Below, piece after piece: positions 55,243 through 64,000 of a DNA stretch of 64,000 bases. The number at the start of each line of letters is the position of its first letter. The first letter of the stretch is position 1. Both the position numbers and the translations under genes were made by a program. The DNA comes from a bacterium (GTDB taxonomy: Bacteria; Hinthialibacterota; Hinthialibacteria; Hinthialibacterales; Hinthialibacteraceae): contig CAXXMV010000008.1 in assembly GCA_963662285.2 (NCBI GenBank), positions 164,242-228,241 on the forward strand, read 5' to 3'. The notes below the pieces were generated by a model. That model was not told the origin of the DNA. It ran no database searches and saw nothing but the letters and a program-made list of their open reading frames with translations.

Positions 55243-58164
55243 ATGCGAATCAATTTCCGCTATTTAACGGCAGGATTTTTTATTATTGTTGCCATCGGTT
55301 TGATAGCAACCTTAACTAATAAGATAAACGTTTCTTCCCAAAAGGTAAAAATCACTGTTCTCTCTGGAGAGGTTACCTACCAAAGTGATGACGGCGCAGT
55401 CAACGAACGCATAAAATCTGGAGAAGAGCTGAACGTATCATCCAATCAATTGGTATCCCGCACATTGATTCCTTCCACGACGAAAGAGGAATACTCGAAT
55501 AGTAATCTAGAAATTATTCGTGAAGAATCGATCTTTGTGGCTCTCGATATATCGATCATCGATACTGAAAACAAGCCTTTGAATGCGGTCTCTTGCACTA
55601 TCCAAAATGCCACAAGTAAAGTCGAAGCGAAGACAGATGAAAATGGTCTTGTTGCAATCAACGATTTGCCCATAGGCGCGTACGTCGTTTCAGTGACGGA
55701 TGATCGCATTTTCCCCATTAGAGATAAAACCATTGAGATATTTCAAAGTCAGAATCAATTAACATTAACTGCATTGCGACGCGTGGAATTAGCCGGTTTC
55801 GTTAAAACAATCGAAGACCAACCCATCGCCAACGCCCGCTTAATCCTTTCCGCTTCATCACGCCTTCAAGAAATTAAACAAGCCGATCTGAATGAAAAAA
55901 GCACAAAAGAAAATGGTTCGTTTCGTTTCAGTCCGCTGGTTTCCGGTACGTACGTTCTAACTGCATCGGCGCCCGGTTATTTGATACATGAAGAATCAGT
56001 TCGCGCAAAAGATAATATCGAGCCGCAAACCATTTATCTTCACACTAAGAGCAGGATCATGGTCCACGTTCAGGATAATGAATCCAATCCTATATTCTCC
56101 GCCAAAGTCACGCTGAAATCCAAACCTGGAACTGGGAGTATTGTGATGATCAGCGAAACCAGCGATACGGTCGGTTTCACAGAATTTGAAGATGTTCCTC
56201 CCGGTGAATATGTGATTTATGCTGAGCATGTATGGTATACAAGCGGAGAAAAGTCACTATGTGAAATCAAACTTGTTAAAGACCGGCATGAAGTAACTCT
56301 GACGTTGGAGAATAGAGAATCTTCTGTTTCGGGAAGAGTCTTAGAGAAAGAATCAGGTGAGCCAATATCTAATGCAAAAGTTGTTGCTTATGACTTTAGA
56401 TATTTGAATTCTGATAATGCTCTGAAATGGGATAGAAACATTCGAGAATATACTGTTAATAACCCACCAGCGGCTGAAAGTATTTCTAACCTAGAAGGGA
56501 CATATCAATTAAATCTAAACAAGGGAGGCTCTTATGTAATAGGCGTCTTGCCAATGAAGGATTATGTTTATATTCCAATACATTATTTTCGAGGTTTTCG
56601 TACAACAGACTATGGTGAAGCACCTCAAGAAAATCCAGTTGTAATGTTTGACGGGAATAATAAAATGACTGCTGACATTGCGCTAGAGAAATCATGGATT
56701 GTTTCTGGCAATGTTTTTTTGGATGATGGTTCACCAATTGTCGATGCTACTATTGTCGTTCGTATTAATGAATTCTTTGGAACATTCTCATTTGGGGAAC
56801 TTATTCCTATCGGAATCTCTCAAAGTAAAAAATCAACAAACAATGGATACTTTGAAATTATCAATAACCGTTTTATTCCTATAAATAAAAAAGTTTACAT
56901 TTCTGCAGAACATTCTTTATTTGGGGTTTCGAACAAAGCCCTTGAAATTAAGCCTAGTCCAGGAACAAAACTGGAAAATATTAAGATTGTTTTTGATGCA
57001 AAAGCAAAAGTCTTATTGAAAGGAAATGTATATGATGAAGTTGGAAAACCTATACCTGATGCAAGTATCACATTCGTTAATATTTCAAAAACAGTTTCTG
57101 ATTCTAATGGTTTATTTGAAATATACATCGCATCAGGTGAGTATGAGATAATTGTTACAAAGCCAAAATATAAACCTTTAGATTTTAAGGCGAGGCTAGA
57201 CCATGAATCAATAAAAAAATCCATGCGGCTTGTTATGGAAAAAGAAACAGAGTCATTTGAAGGCGTAGTAATTGATAATAATGGAAATCCTGTTTCAGGA
57301 TGCATCGTTGAAGGGCAGTTTAATGGCGTCAAATATTTGGGTTATGATAGTATAAGAATCACCGATAAGGATGGCCGTTTTTCTTTTTTTAGAACAAAAG
57401 CAGAAAAATTCATAGATGCATCTTTTGAAGTAAAGCCAACCAATGAATATGACAAAGCTAAAACTACTTGTACTGAATGGGCGTCAAAAAATATAACAAT
57501 TGTCGTCAACAAATATACACAAGGATACTCAAATATAAATGGAAAAGTATTTAATTCAATAAATGAACCTATACAAAATTATTCCATTTTTTTAATACCG
57601 TCTTCAAGACGTAAATTATTTGAATACGATCAAAAAGGTTCCCCAATATATCAAAGAGATTACAAACAAATAATTGGTAATCCATATGGTAAATACAGTT
57701 TCGAACAAATCCCAGTTTCTGATGGACCCTTTGTGATTGTCGTTAATACCGGGAAAAACTCTGTTAGCGTTTCTAAAATTTTTCACCTCCAAAAAGATCA
57801 AACTTTTAATATCGATATCATGCATAATACACCTTCATTTACAATCAAAGGTAGAATTATTGATAAAAACACAAAAGACAAAGATGAATATTCAAAACAT
57901 TTAATTCAAGTGTTTTTTGAAAATAAAATATATGGATTCACTTCATGGAGATATGGCTTACCTGAAGTACCGAATATTTGTCATGCTTATGATCATGTTG
58001 AGGGATTAAAAATAGGAGATGAATTTACATTAAATGGAATACCCGTTCAGGGAGGAAAATTGAGGATACATAGATTTTGGAATGAAACAATTATCCCCAT
58101 CGCCCCCGGTCAACCGGGCGAAGTGCGTGATTTAGGGACAATATTGATTGATAGTCCAGAGTAG
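55243..58164 (+). CDS. Giant membrane-anchored protein: FecR-like N-region plus multiple CarboxypepD_reg-like repeats
   Basis: N-terminal TM. KITVLSGEVTYQSDDG (FecR-like), then repeated beta-sandwich starts (GFVKTIEDQPIANARLIL, GRVLEKESGEPISNAKVVAY, GNVFLDDGSPIVDATIVV, GNVYDEVGKPIPDASITF, GVVIDNNGNPVSGCIVEG). Confidence 0.65.
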   Translation: MRINFRYLTAGFFIIVAIGLIATLTNKINVSSQKVKITVLSGEVTYQSDDGAVNERIKSGEELNVSSNQLVSRTLIPSTTKEEYSNSNLEIIREESIFVALDISIIDTENKPLNAVSCTIQNATSKVEAKTDENGLVAINDLPIGAYVVSVTDDRIFPIRDKTIEIFQSQNQLTLTALRRVELAGFVKTIEDQPIANARLILSASSRLQEIKQADLNEKSTKENGSFRFSPLVSGTYVLTASAPGYLIHEESVRAKDNIEPQTIYLHTKSRIMVHVQDNESNPIFSAKVTLKSKPGTGSIVMISETSDTVGFTEFEDVPPGEYVIYAEHVWYTSGEKSLCEIKLVKDRHEVTLTLENRESSVSGRVLEKESGEPISNAKVVAYDFRYLNSDNALKWDRNIREYTVNNPPAAESISNLEGTYQLNLNKGGSYVIGVLPMKDYVYIPIHYFRGFRTTDYGEAPQENPVVMFDGNNKMTADIALEKSWIVSGNVFLDDGSPIVDATIVVRINEFFGTFSFGELIPIGISQSKKSTNNGYFEIINNRFIPINKKVYISAEHSLFGVSNKALEIKPSPGTKLENIKIVFDAKAKVLLKGNVYDEVGKPIPDASITFVNISKTVSDSNGLFEIYIASGEYEIIVTKPKYKPLDFKARLDHESIKKSMRLVMEKETESFEGVVIDNNGNPVSGCIVEGQFNGVKYLGYDSIRITDKDGRFSFFRTKAEKFIDASFEVKPTNEYDKAKTTCTEWASKNITIVVNKYTQGYSNINGKVFNSINEPIQNYSIFLIPSSRRKLFEYDQKGSPIYQRDYKQIIGNPYGKYSFEQIPVSDGPFVIVVNTGKNSVSVSKIFHLQKDQTFNIDIMHNTPSFTIKGRIIDKNTKDKDEYSKHLIQVFFENKIYGFTSWRYGLPEVPNICHAYDHVEGLKIGDEFTLNGIPVQGGKLRIHRFWNETIIPIAPGQPGEVRDLGTILIDSPE

Positions 58165-58192
58165 GAATAAAAAGACTCTAAATAAACACTCT

Positions 58193-59500
58193 CTATCTCT
58201 TCAACCGCTTTGATATCCAATAGACTGGCAGTCCTGATAGAACAAGCGCAAATCCAAGCCAGGCGCCATAGGCCAACTGAGAATTGGCGTAGGTCAGGCT
58301 GCTATGAAACAGGATTCCACAGGATGCAATGTAAATTAGTGGAATCACCGGAAACAGCGGGACGCGAAACGGTCGTTGCAGGTTCGGTTCCCATTTCCTG
58401 AAGACGATAAGCGATATCCCCACCATCCCCATAAAAAGCCAATGCGCCGCAGAAGTGTATATGACCAGTTGCTCAAATGATCCACTCAATAGAAGAAGGC
58501 AGGCGATCACGCCTTGAATCAAAAAAGCAGATAGAGGGACGGAAGATTTTGGATTCCATTGTCCCAGGAAACGGAATAGTGAATGATCCTGCCCAAATGC
58601 ATGATAGATTCTTCCACCGACCAGGATCATGCCATTGACCGAACCCAGGGCGCATATTACCACCAAGGCGGATATAATGCGTCCTCCGGCTGTCCCCAGG
58701 CTTTGTTCCATAACCTGCGCCATGACGCCGCTAGAGGCCGCCATGCCCTGCGCTCCAAGGGCTGCAAGCAGCGCCAGGTTAATCAGCAGGTAAATCAAAG
58801 TAACGATGGCCAACCCCAAGAGCAGCGCACGTAGGATATTCTTCTCTGGCCGCTTGACCTCTGAAGCGACAAAGGCGCAATCGCTCCAACCGCCGAAGGT
58901 CAACTGTACAAAAATCAGCGCCATTAAAAAAGATTGGAATGTCACAGAAGAGGCTTTCACTGGCTCTACAGGCGCCGGGGCGCCGGGTGAAAAGAAGAAA
59001 GCAACCAAGATCACGCCAACCAGACCAATGATCTGAGCTGAAGCCAGGATATTCTGGCTTATTTTTCCCTGACGCACTCCACAGCAATTAATGCCGGTAA
59101 AGATAATCACAGCACAAATTGCATATACAGTTTGAGCATGAGGAATAGGAAACAACTTGGCGCCATAAATTCCGGCGATGGCCGCCATCATGGCGATGTT
59201 GCCGCTATGGATGACCCACAGCCTACCCCAGGCGTACAAAAAGCCCGCCCAATCGCCGAATGCATGATGCAGAAAGAAATAGTCCCCGCCCTCTTTGGGA
59301 TGAGCCGAAGCCAACTCGGCGTAACACAACGCGCCGATGAAGGATAAGCCGCCGCCCAGTATCCAGACCAGAATTATCCAATGCGCCGAACCGAGAAAAC
59401 CAGCGATAGTGGATGGCGTCTGATAAATGGCGCTGCCGATTATTATGCCGACTATTATGGCGGTGACGTCAAATAATCCTAGCGATTTTTGTTGAGTCAT
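58193..59500 (-). CDS. APC-superfamily amino acid permease
   Basis: 12 TM helices. N-terminal LGLFDVTAIIVGIIIGSAIY motif typical of APC transporters. Confidence 0.85.
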   Translation of the reverse strand: MTQQKSLGLFDVTAIIVGIIIGSAIYQTPSTIAGFLGSAHWIILVWILGGGLSFIGALCYAELASAHPKEGGDYFFLHHAFGDWAGFLYAWGRLWVIHSGNIAMMAAIAGIYGAKLFPIPHAQTVYAICAVIIFTGINCCGVRQGKISQNILASAQIIGLVGVILVAFFFSPGAPAPVEPVKASSVTFQSFLMALIFVQLTFGGWSDCAFVASEVKRPEKNILRALLLGLAIVTLIYLLINLALLAALGAQGMAASSGVMAQVMEQSLGTAGGRIISALVVICALGSVNGMILVGGRIYHAFGQDHSLFRFLGQWNPKSSVPLSAFLIQGVIACLLLLSGSFEQLVIYTSAAHWLFMGMVGISLIVFRKWEPNLQRPFRVPLFPVIPLIYIASCGILFHSSLTYANSQLAYGAWLGFALVLSGLPVYWISKRLKR

Positions 59501-59592
59501 GGTTGATTATAGTCATCCAGATATTATTAATGATGAAAGTGGATGAATCGCCTTTCCAAATACTTGGTTGTATATTCACTTTTACGTAAAAT

Positions 59593-59922
59593 TCACCTCT
59601 GTACAGCCTTCATGGGTTTGATAGCCAATGTATACCCGAACGCTTGCAAAATACGTTGAAAGTTTTTCAAACGAGGATTTCCTTCAGGCGATAAGGTTTT
59701 ATACAATTTTCCTCGATTGAGGTTGGTTTTTTTTGACAACTCTGTCATTCCGCCATTTACTTTAGCCATATGACGCAAGGCCACCAGCAAGGCCTTTTCA
59801 TCCTGTTCGTGTTCATAGTCTTCAATTACAGTTTGAAAAAAAGCGGGCGCCAATTCTGGATTTTTTTCAAACTGCTCGTCCACAACCTCGTCAAATGTTC
59901 TATATTTAATCTTTTTGCTCAT
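59593..59922 (-). CDS. Addiction-module antidote protein (HigA-type HTH)
   Basis: ATG at 59922. LRHMAKVNGGMTELSKKTNLNRGKLYKTLSPEGNPRLKNFQRILQAFG matches the TIGR02684-type antidote. 17-nt overlap with the toxin gene. Confidence 0.8.
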   Translation of the reverse strand: MSKKIKYRTFDEVVDEQFEKNPELAPAFFQTVIEDYEHEQDEKALLVALRHMAKVNGGMTELSKKTNLNRGKLYKTLSPEGNPRLKNFQRILQAFGYTLAIKPMKAVQR

Positions 59923-60226
59923 GGTATTGACTCCAATATTCCAAAGCCTTTTCAATATCCCGTTTCTGAGAGCTTTTACCGCCGCCGCACAGTAGAACGA
60001 TTAACTTGTCCCCATCTCTGCCAAAGTAAACACGTAAACCCCCATCAAAAAACAACCGTAGTTCAAAAATTCCCGCCCCTACTCTCTTATAATCGCCTAA
60101 GTTTCCATTCTCCAATCTAAAAATACGCTTCTGAACACGTAATTTCGTGAGTGTTGGAAGCGATTTCAACCATTCGATAAACGGTTCATTTCCTCTATCA
60201 TCTTGGAAAACATAAACAGTAAACAT
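59906..60226 (-). CDS. Addiction-module killer protein (RelE/ParE superfamily, HigB-like)
   Basis: FIEWLKSL...RLENGNLGDYKRVGAGIFELRLFFDGGLRVYFGRDGDKLIVLLCGGGKSSQKRDI matches the TIGR02683-type toxin. Confidence 0.8.
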   Translation of the reverse strand: MFTVYVFQDDRGNEPFIEWLKSLPTLTKLRVQKRIFRLENGNLGDYKRVGAGIFELRLFFDGGLRVYFGRDGDKLIVLLCGGGKSSQKRDIEKALEYWSQYHEQKD

Positions 60227-60324
60227 GTTTAAATGTACCCTATAGGGAACACTTTGTCAAGATTTCTTTTCTGCTCTCAAAATAGTGTTATGCTACATTC
60301 GCTCGCTACTGAATATTCAGAATT

Positions 60325-60780
60325 CTAATCCCAGCGGTTGCCAATGGAGATTTTGTCTACTGTTTTTGACTGCGCCCACTCCAGTATTTCACGGGTGGTT
60401 TGGGGATAGATCACCATATGCGGCAAGTCTTCTATACGATGCCACTGGGCGTCACGCAGAACTTTATCAGGATTAACCTTCATATCGCCGCCGGTAATTT
60501 TGGCTTCAAAATAATAATTGATAACATGCCTATGAAGATCCGGGGGGATGGTCTCCGAAATAAAAATCATATCGCCCAGTTCAATATCGAGGCTGCATTC
60601 TTCGAGCAGTTCACGCTTGGCGGCTTCTTCCAGGGTCTCGCCGAATTCAACCCCACCGCCGGGGATAAGCCAATATTCTCTGTTGTTCTTTTCATGTTGC
60701 ACCAGAAGAATCTTGTCTTCTTTAATGATAATAGCGGCGACTCTATTTCGGATATGGGTTTTCTTATTGGATTCGTTCAT
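60325..60780 (-). CDS. NUDIX hydrolase
   Basis: Nudix box GGGVEFGETLEEAAKRELLEECSL (Gx5Ex7REUxEExGU). Confidence 0.85.
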   Translation of the reverse strand: MNESNKKTHIRNRVAAIIIKEDKILLVQHEKNNREYWLIPGGGVEFGETLEEAAKRELLEECSLDIELGDMIFISETIPPDLHRHVINYYFEAKITGGDMKVNPDKVLRDAQWHRIEDLPHMVIYPQTTREILEWAQSKTVDKISIGNRWD

Positions 60781-60921
60781 AGTTTTTCTTAGTTAATCCA
60801 GTATTAATAAGTTATTTATATTCAGATTAAGGTATTTTGATACATCAATAAAGAACTATTGAAGGCATTATCTTAGATTTGACCTCAATTAATAGTGATA
60901 GGATTCAAGAGGGGTGGTTTT

Positions 60922-60965
60922 TGTCTGAATCTGGATGTAACAGATGGGTGGGATATTCATGATTT
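60922..60965. repeat. Solo half-copy of MITE family B
   Basis: TTTTTGTCTGAATCTGGATG...GGATATTCATGAT matches the left end of B1/B2. No right TIR was found. Confidence 0.5.
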
Positions 60966-61067
60966 TATGTTATTTTATGATTATAATAATTTGTGAGTTT
61001 TGCCCATGCGCGGGTGATCGCATCAATAACTGACAACACCAATTCAACGGAATGAAAAGACAAATCA

Positions 61068-61571
61068 ATGAAACAATCGTGTATGATATGTGCAGTTATA
61101 GCGATGCTTCTAAACACGGCCTGCTCTTCTACGCCCGATCTACATAGGGTAACGCTTCATAGCCAAACTTTCGGAGAAGAATTCTATTGCTTTTACTCTT
61201 TCACAGCGGGGAAATTGAAACCACCCCCCGATGCTGATCTGGTTGATATTCTTTATTACTTCGATAGTGACGATTGTTCCCAAGGAGCACTCATCGGTAA
61301 CAATGATTGTCCTGGTTTTCTCTTTCCACTAGGCCAAAAGTCTTGGAGAGAATTGTTAACGTTTAATACTCCTCCTAAGGATGAAGAATCTGTAGGGGCA
61401 ATCCTGCCTCTAACCAAGGATAAAGAGGGATTGGCGTTCCGAGTGAAAATAAGAAGCGGAGAGTTTATTCCGGTAAGAATCAAATCAATAAAATCCACCT
61501 CTTATTCGGATCTTATCTCAGGTGGATCCGCAGAAATTGAATTAGAGTGGGCCTGGCCAAATCACAAATGA
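61068..61571 (+). CDS. Hypothetical lipoprotein
   Basis: Lipobox-like LLNTAC. No recognisable domain. Confidence 0.5.
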   Translation: MKQSCMICAVIAMLLNTACSSTPDLHRVTLHSQTFGEEFYCFYSFTAGKLKPPPDADLVDILYYFDSDDCSQGALIGNNDCPGFLFPLGQKSWRELLTFNTPPKDEESVGAILPLTKDKEGLAFRVKIRSGEFIPVRIKSIKSTSYSDLISGGSAEIELEWAWPNHK

Positions 61572-61847
61572 AACACGCTGCCAGGAATCAGTATAATCGA
61601 TAACAATGGTCTCAGGTGCGGATCGTTTAGAAATGGATAAATAGACGGAACTGTTAGGCCGCAGTTGATTTCCAGCAACGCTATGTTGCTACGCAGCTGA
61701 ATTTGAGACGATAGGCTCCGGCATAGTTGCTGTCATTCTCGCAAATCAACACTATCAAAGAATCTGAAAGCGCATTACTAGCTTCTGTGATATATACTCT
61801 CAAGAACTGGATTCAGCCCGGCGCTACTTGAATCCCCAATTTAAAAA

Positions 61848-61890
61848 ATAGTTTTGATCTAAATATATTATATATTTAGATCAAAACTAT
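61848..61890. repeat. 43-nt perfect AT-rich palindrome
   Basis: ATAGTTTTGATCTAAATATAT-T-ATATATTTAGATCAAAACTAT, with 21-bp arms around a single central nucleotide. Confidence 0.9.
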
Positions 61891-62067
61891 GAGTATTATT
61901 CCACTCGGAAAGTAGAAATTTGTAGAGAAAGAATAGTTAGTATTATAATTTTTCAAGAATTCAAAAAAAGTAATGTAATTTATGATCATGAAATATTATA
62001 TACAGTTATTCTCATTATTGGTTATCTTTCTGGTTCATCTGGAATTATAATCCCATCTAATTATCTA

Positions 62068-64000
62068 TCACTCGAAAAGTTCCCAAAGATTGGATTGGGA
62101 AAGGGCTTCCTTATAATCCGAATCGTCATACCAGGCGAAATTATCTTCCATTGAAGGGATATTACCATAACTCGCTACATATTTCCACGTATACGTATCC
62201 TGATCCGGGACAATAGAAGCAAAAGCAAATTGACCATATACACGGTCTCCTGTATCGGTTATAAAGACTCTGGTTGATAATCCATAATAAAAATATGAAA
62301 GAGTGATCAGTATATCCTTCATAGCAGGGATGTTGGTGTTTCCAATACCCGATGACATTTGCGCAAAAGCGGCTAACCAGAGAGTGTCATAACTGCTATA
62401 ATCGTAGATATTAGGGGCCATTCCGTACGTTTTATAGGTATCGATCACGCCTTCGATATCTGGACGGATAAAGGTTTTTGTAGGATTATAAGAATAATCC
62501 ACCAAAAATTCTGGCGAAACGGCAGGGGATAAGAATTTAACTTTGGCGGCAAACGAAGCCGCTTGAGAATTGGCAAGAATAGAATTTGCACGGAAATTGC
62601 CGTCACAACCTACCCATTGTACATTATTTAAGATGCTATTGCTGTCTACGGTAGCAAAAATCTTATCTGCCTCATCATAAGAAATCAAAAGTATACCTGT
62701 ATGCTTTTGTCCAAATTGATTCAGTGTGTTGTTTACTTTTGTTTCCAGTTCTGCAATTAAAGATTGGAATTCGGTTTGATTCGCTTCATAAGAAACACCA
62801 TCCTCAACAAAACCACCCAGATTTTGAAATTTTGTTGTGAAAAGAGTTTTTAATTCGTTGCCATACAGGTCATTTCGCCATACAGGAATCACTGCGTTGA
62901 TATTCAGAACGTGAAACATATGAGCAATGGCATCGGATTCCATATCATTGTCTAGCATTAAGAAAAATGCATTATCATCCAGCCCTCTAAAAGTTGTTAC
63001 GTTGCTGCTCGGACTGATGAGGATGAAGTCATTTTGTTGCGAATAGTCCATAATGGCTTCCACTGACGAACTATCATAGGGACCAATGATGATGTGGGAA
63101 TTATTAGAATTTTTTAGTTCACTCAATTTGGTTAAAGTGACATCAGGATCAGTTTCCGTATCAATAGCATTTATCTGCAGTTCTCCGGAAACTCCTTCTG
63201 ATTGAAGGAAAAAATTAAAATCTTCCGCCGCACTTTGAATGGCGCGCAGATTGGATTGACCTAGCATGCTGAGGTCTCCGGATAAAGGAACAAAAGCAGG
63301 AATAATAAAGTTGCTGATTGTTTCTGGTAAAGCAAAGCCGCCAAGGTTTAAGGGAGGATCGCCTAGCGGTTGTCCGCCTCTAAATAGGAAAGAAGCCATT
63401 GTTTTCCAAAAATAAGAGCCATCGGTTTTCTGAGAAATGGCATAAAAACCATAAGCCCCAAAATCCCGGTCTCCAACAGCATTTAAAATTACTTGGGAGG
63501 AATAGCCAACAAAATAATGAAGGGCTGTTTGAAAATTATTTTTTATGTCGTCTATATTGGTTGAATTGATTCCATAGTAGTATGTAAAGGCTAAAATATA
63601 ACCGGCATCATAGGCATATATAGCGAAATTGTCTCCCAATATACCTGATTTTTCAAAGAGGATTCGTTTAAATCTTTGGGTTCCTGGATAGGTTGGCATA
63701 AGCCAATCAAAGGTGTCGTCACTATTGAAGATGGGGCAGATAAAGTCCGTCTTTACAGCGAAACTGGCAGCAATGGAATCTTTAAGGATGTTGGCATTTT
63801 GAGCCATACCATCATTTCCGATCCATTGGATAGAAGAAAGCACCGGATCACTGGATGCGCTTTGAAAGATTTCCTGAGTCTGGTCATAGGCGATGAGATG
63901 TACAGCAACACTATCTTTTGAACCTGTTTGCAATATGGCTTGATCTATCATGCTTCGCAAAGATTGAACAATAGAATTAAAATCGATGGTATTGGGATCA
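62068..64000 (-). CDS. Multi-domain periplasmic-binding-protein type 1 (LivK/ANF-receptor-like) secreted protein; 5'-partial at window edge
   Basis: Frame stays open upstream of the track start (63960) to nt 64000. At least two PBP1-like modules (IIGPYDSSSVEAIMDYSQQNDFILISPSS). Ends ...NLWELFE. Confidence 0.55.
   Translation of the reverse strand, partial: DPNTIDFNSIVQSLRSMIDQAILQTGSKDSVAVHLIAYDQTQEIFQSASSDPVLSSIQWIGNDGMAQNANILKDSIAASFAVKTDFICPIFNSDDTFDWLMPTYPGTQRFKRILFEKSGILGDNFAIYAYDAGYILAFTYYYGINSTNIDDIKNNFQTALHYFVGYSSQVILNAVGDRDFGAYGFYAISQKTDGSYFWKTMASFLFRGGQPLGDPPLNLGGFALPETISNFIIPAFVPLSGDLSMLGQSNLRAIQSAAEDFNFFLQSEGVSGELQINAIDTETDPDVTLTKLSELKNSNNSHIIIGPYDSSSVEAIMDYSQQNDFILISPSSNVTTFRGLDDNAFFLMLDNDMESDAIAHMFHVLNINAVIPVWRNDLYGNELKTLFTTKFQNLGGFVEDGVSYEANQTEFQSLIAELETKVNNTLNQFGQKHTGILLISYDEADKIFATVDSNSILNNVQWVGCDGNFRANSILANSQAASFAAKVKFLSPAVSPEFLVDYSYNPTKTFIRPDIEGVIDTYKTYGMAPNIYDYSSYDTLWLAAFAQMSSGIGNTNIPAMKDILITLSYFYYGLSTRVFITDTGDRVYGQFAFASIVPDQDTYTWKYVASYGNIPSMEDNFAWYDDSDYKEALSQSNLWELFE

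Overview
Chromosomal segment of a bacterium. There is no rRNA or tRNA in the window, so the lineage cannot be assigned. The gene content (Bat aerotolerance operon, TAT-exported Gfo/Idh/MocA oxidoreductase, DUF1080, PmoA-like/DUF6807, CRTAC1/ASPIC, prepilin-type protein) resembles uncultured PVC/FCB-type heterotrophs. About 50 protein genes lie on both strands. They include a 5'-partial parvulin PPIase and a batD-like/batA/batB/batC/batD/batE operon followed by a stand-alone groEL. A sugar ABC transporter (binding protein, ATPase, permease) is present. An intact ISL3-family insertion sequence with a target-site duplication clips a membrane-protein gene. There are two giant membrane-anchored CarboxypepD_reg-repeat proteins, one behind an ECF sigma/anti-sigma pair. 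There are three type II toxin-antitoxin pairs (2x HicAB, 1x HigBA-like). murA carries Asp at the fosfomycin-target Cys position and sits among two GT-C-like membrane proteins and an orphan Cys-rich histidine kinase. A histone-H1-like K/A/P repeat protein and many secreted glycan-related proteins are also present. The non-coding content is unusual: at least two MITE/REP-like palindromic element families, reused hairpin/terminator modules, and an ~840-bp very AT-rich divergent intergenic region. The most novel-looking signal is a short C-terminal [DEH]-W-x-[LI]-[YFH] tail shared by five otherwise unrelated secreted proteins. No CRISPR array, rRNA or tRNA was recognised by eye. All functional calls rest on motif recognition in the translated ORFs, not on database searches.
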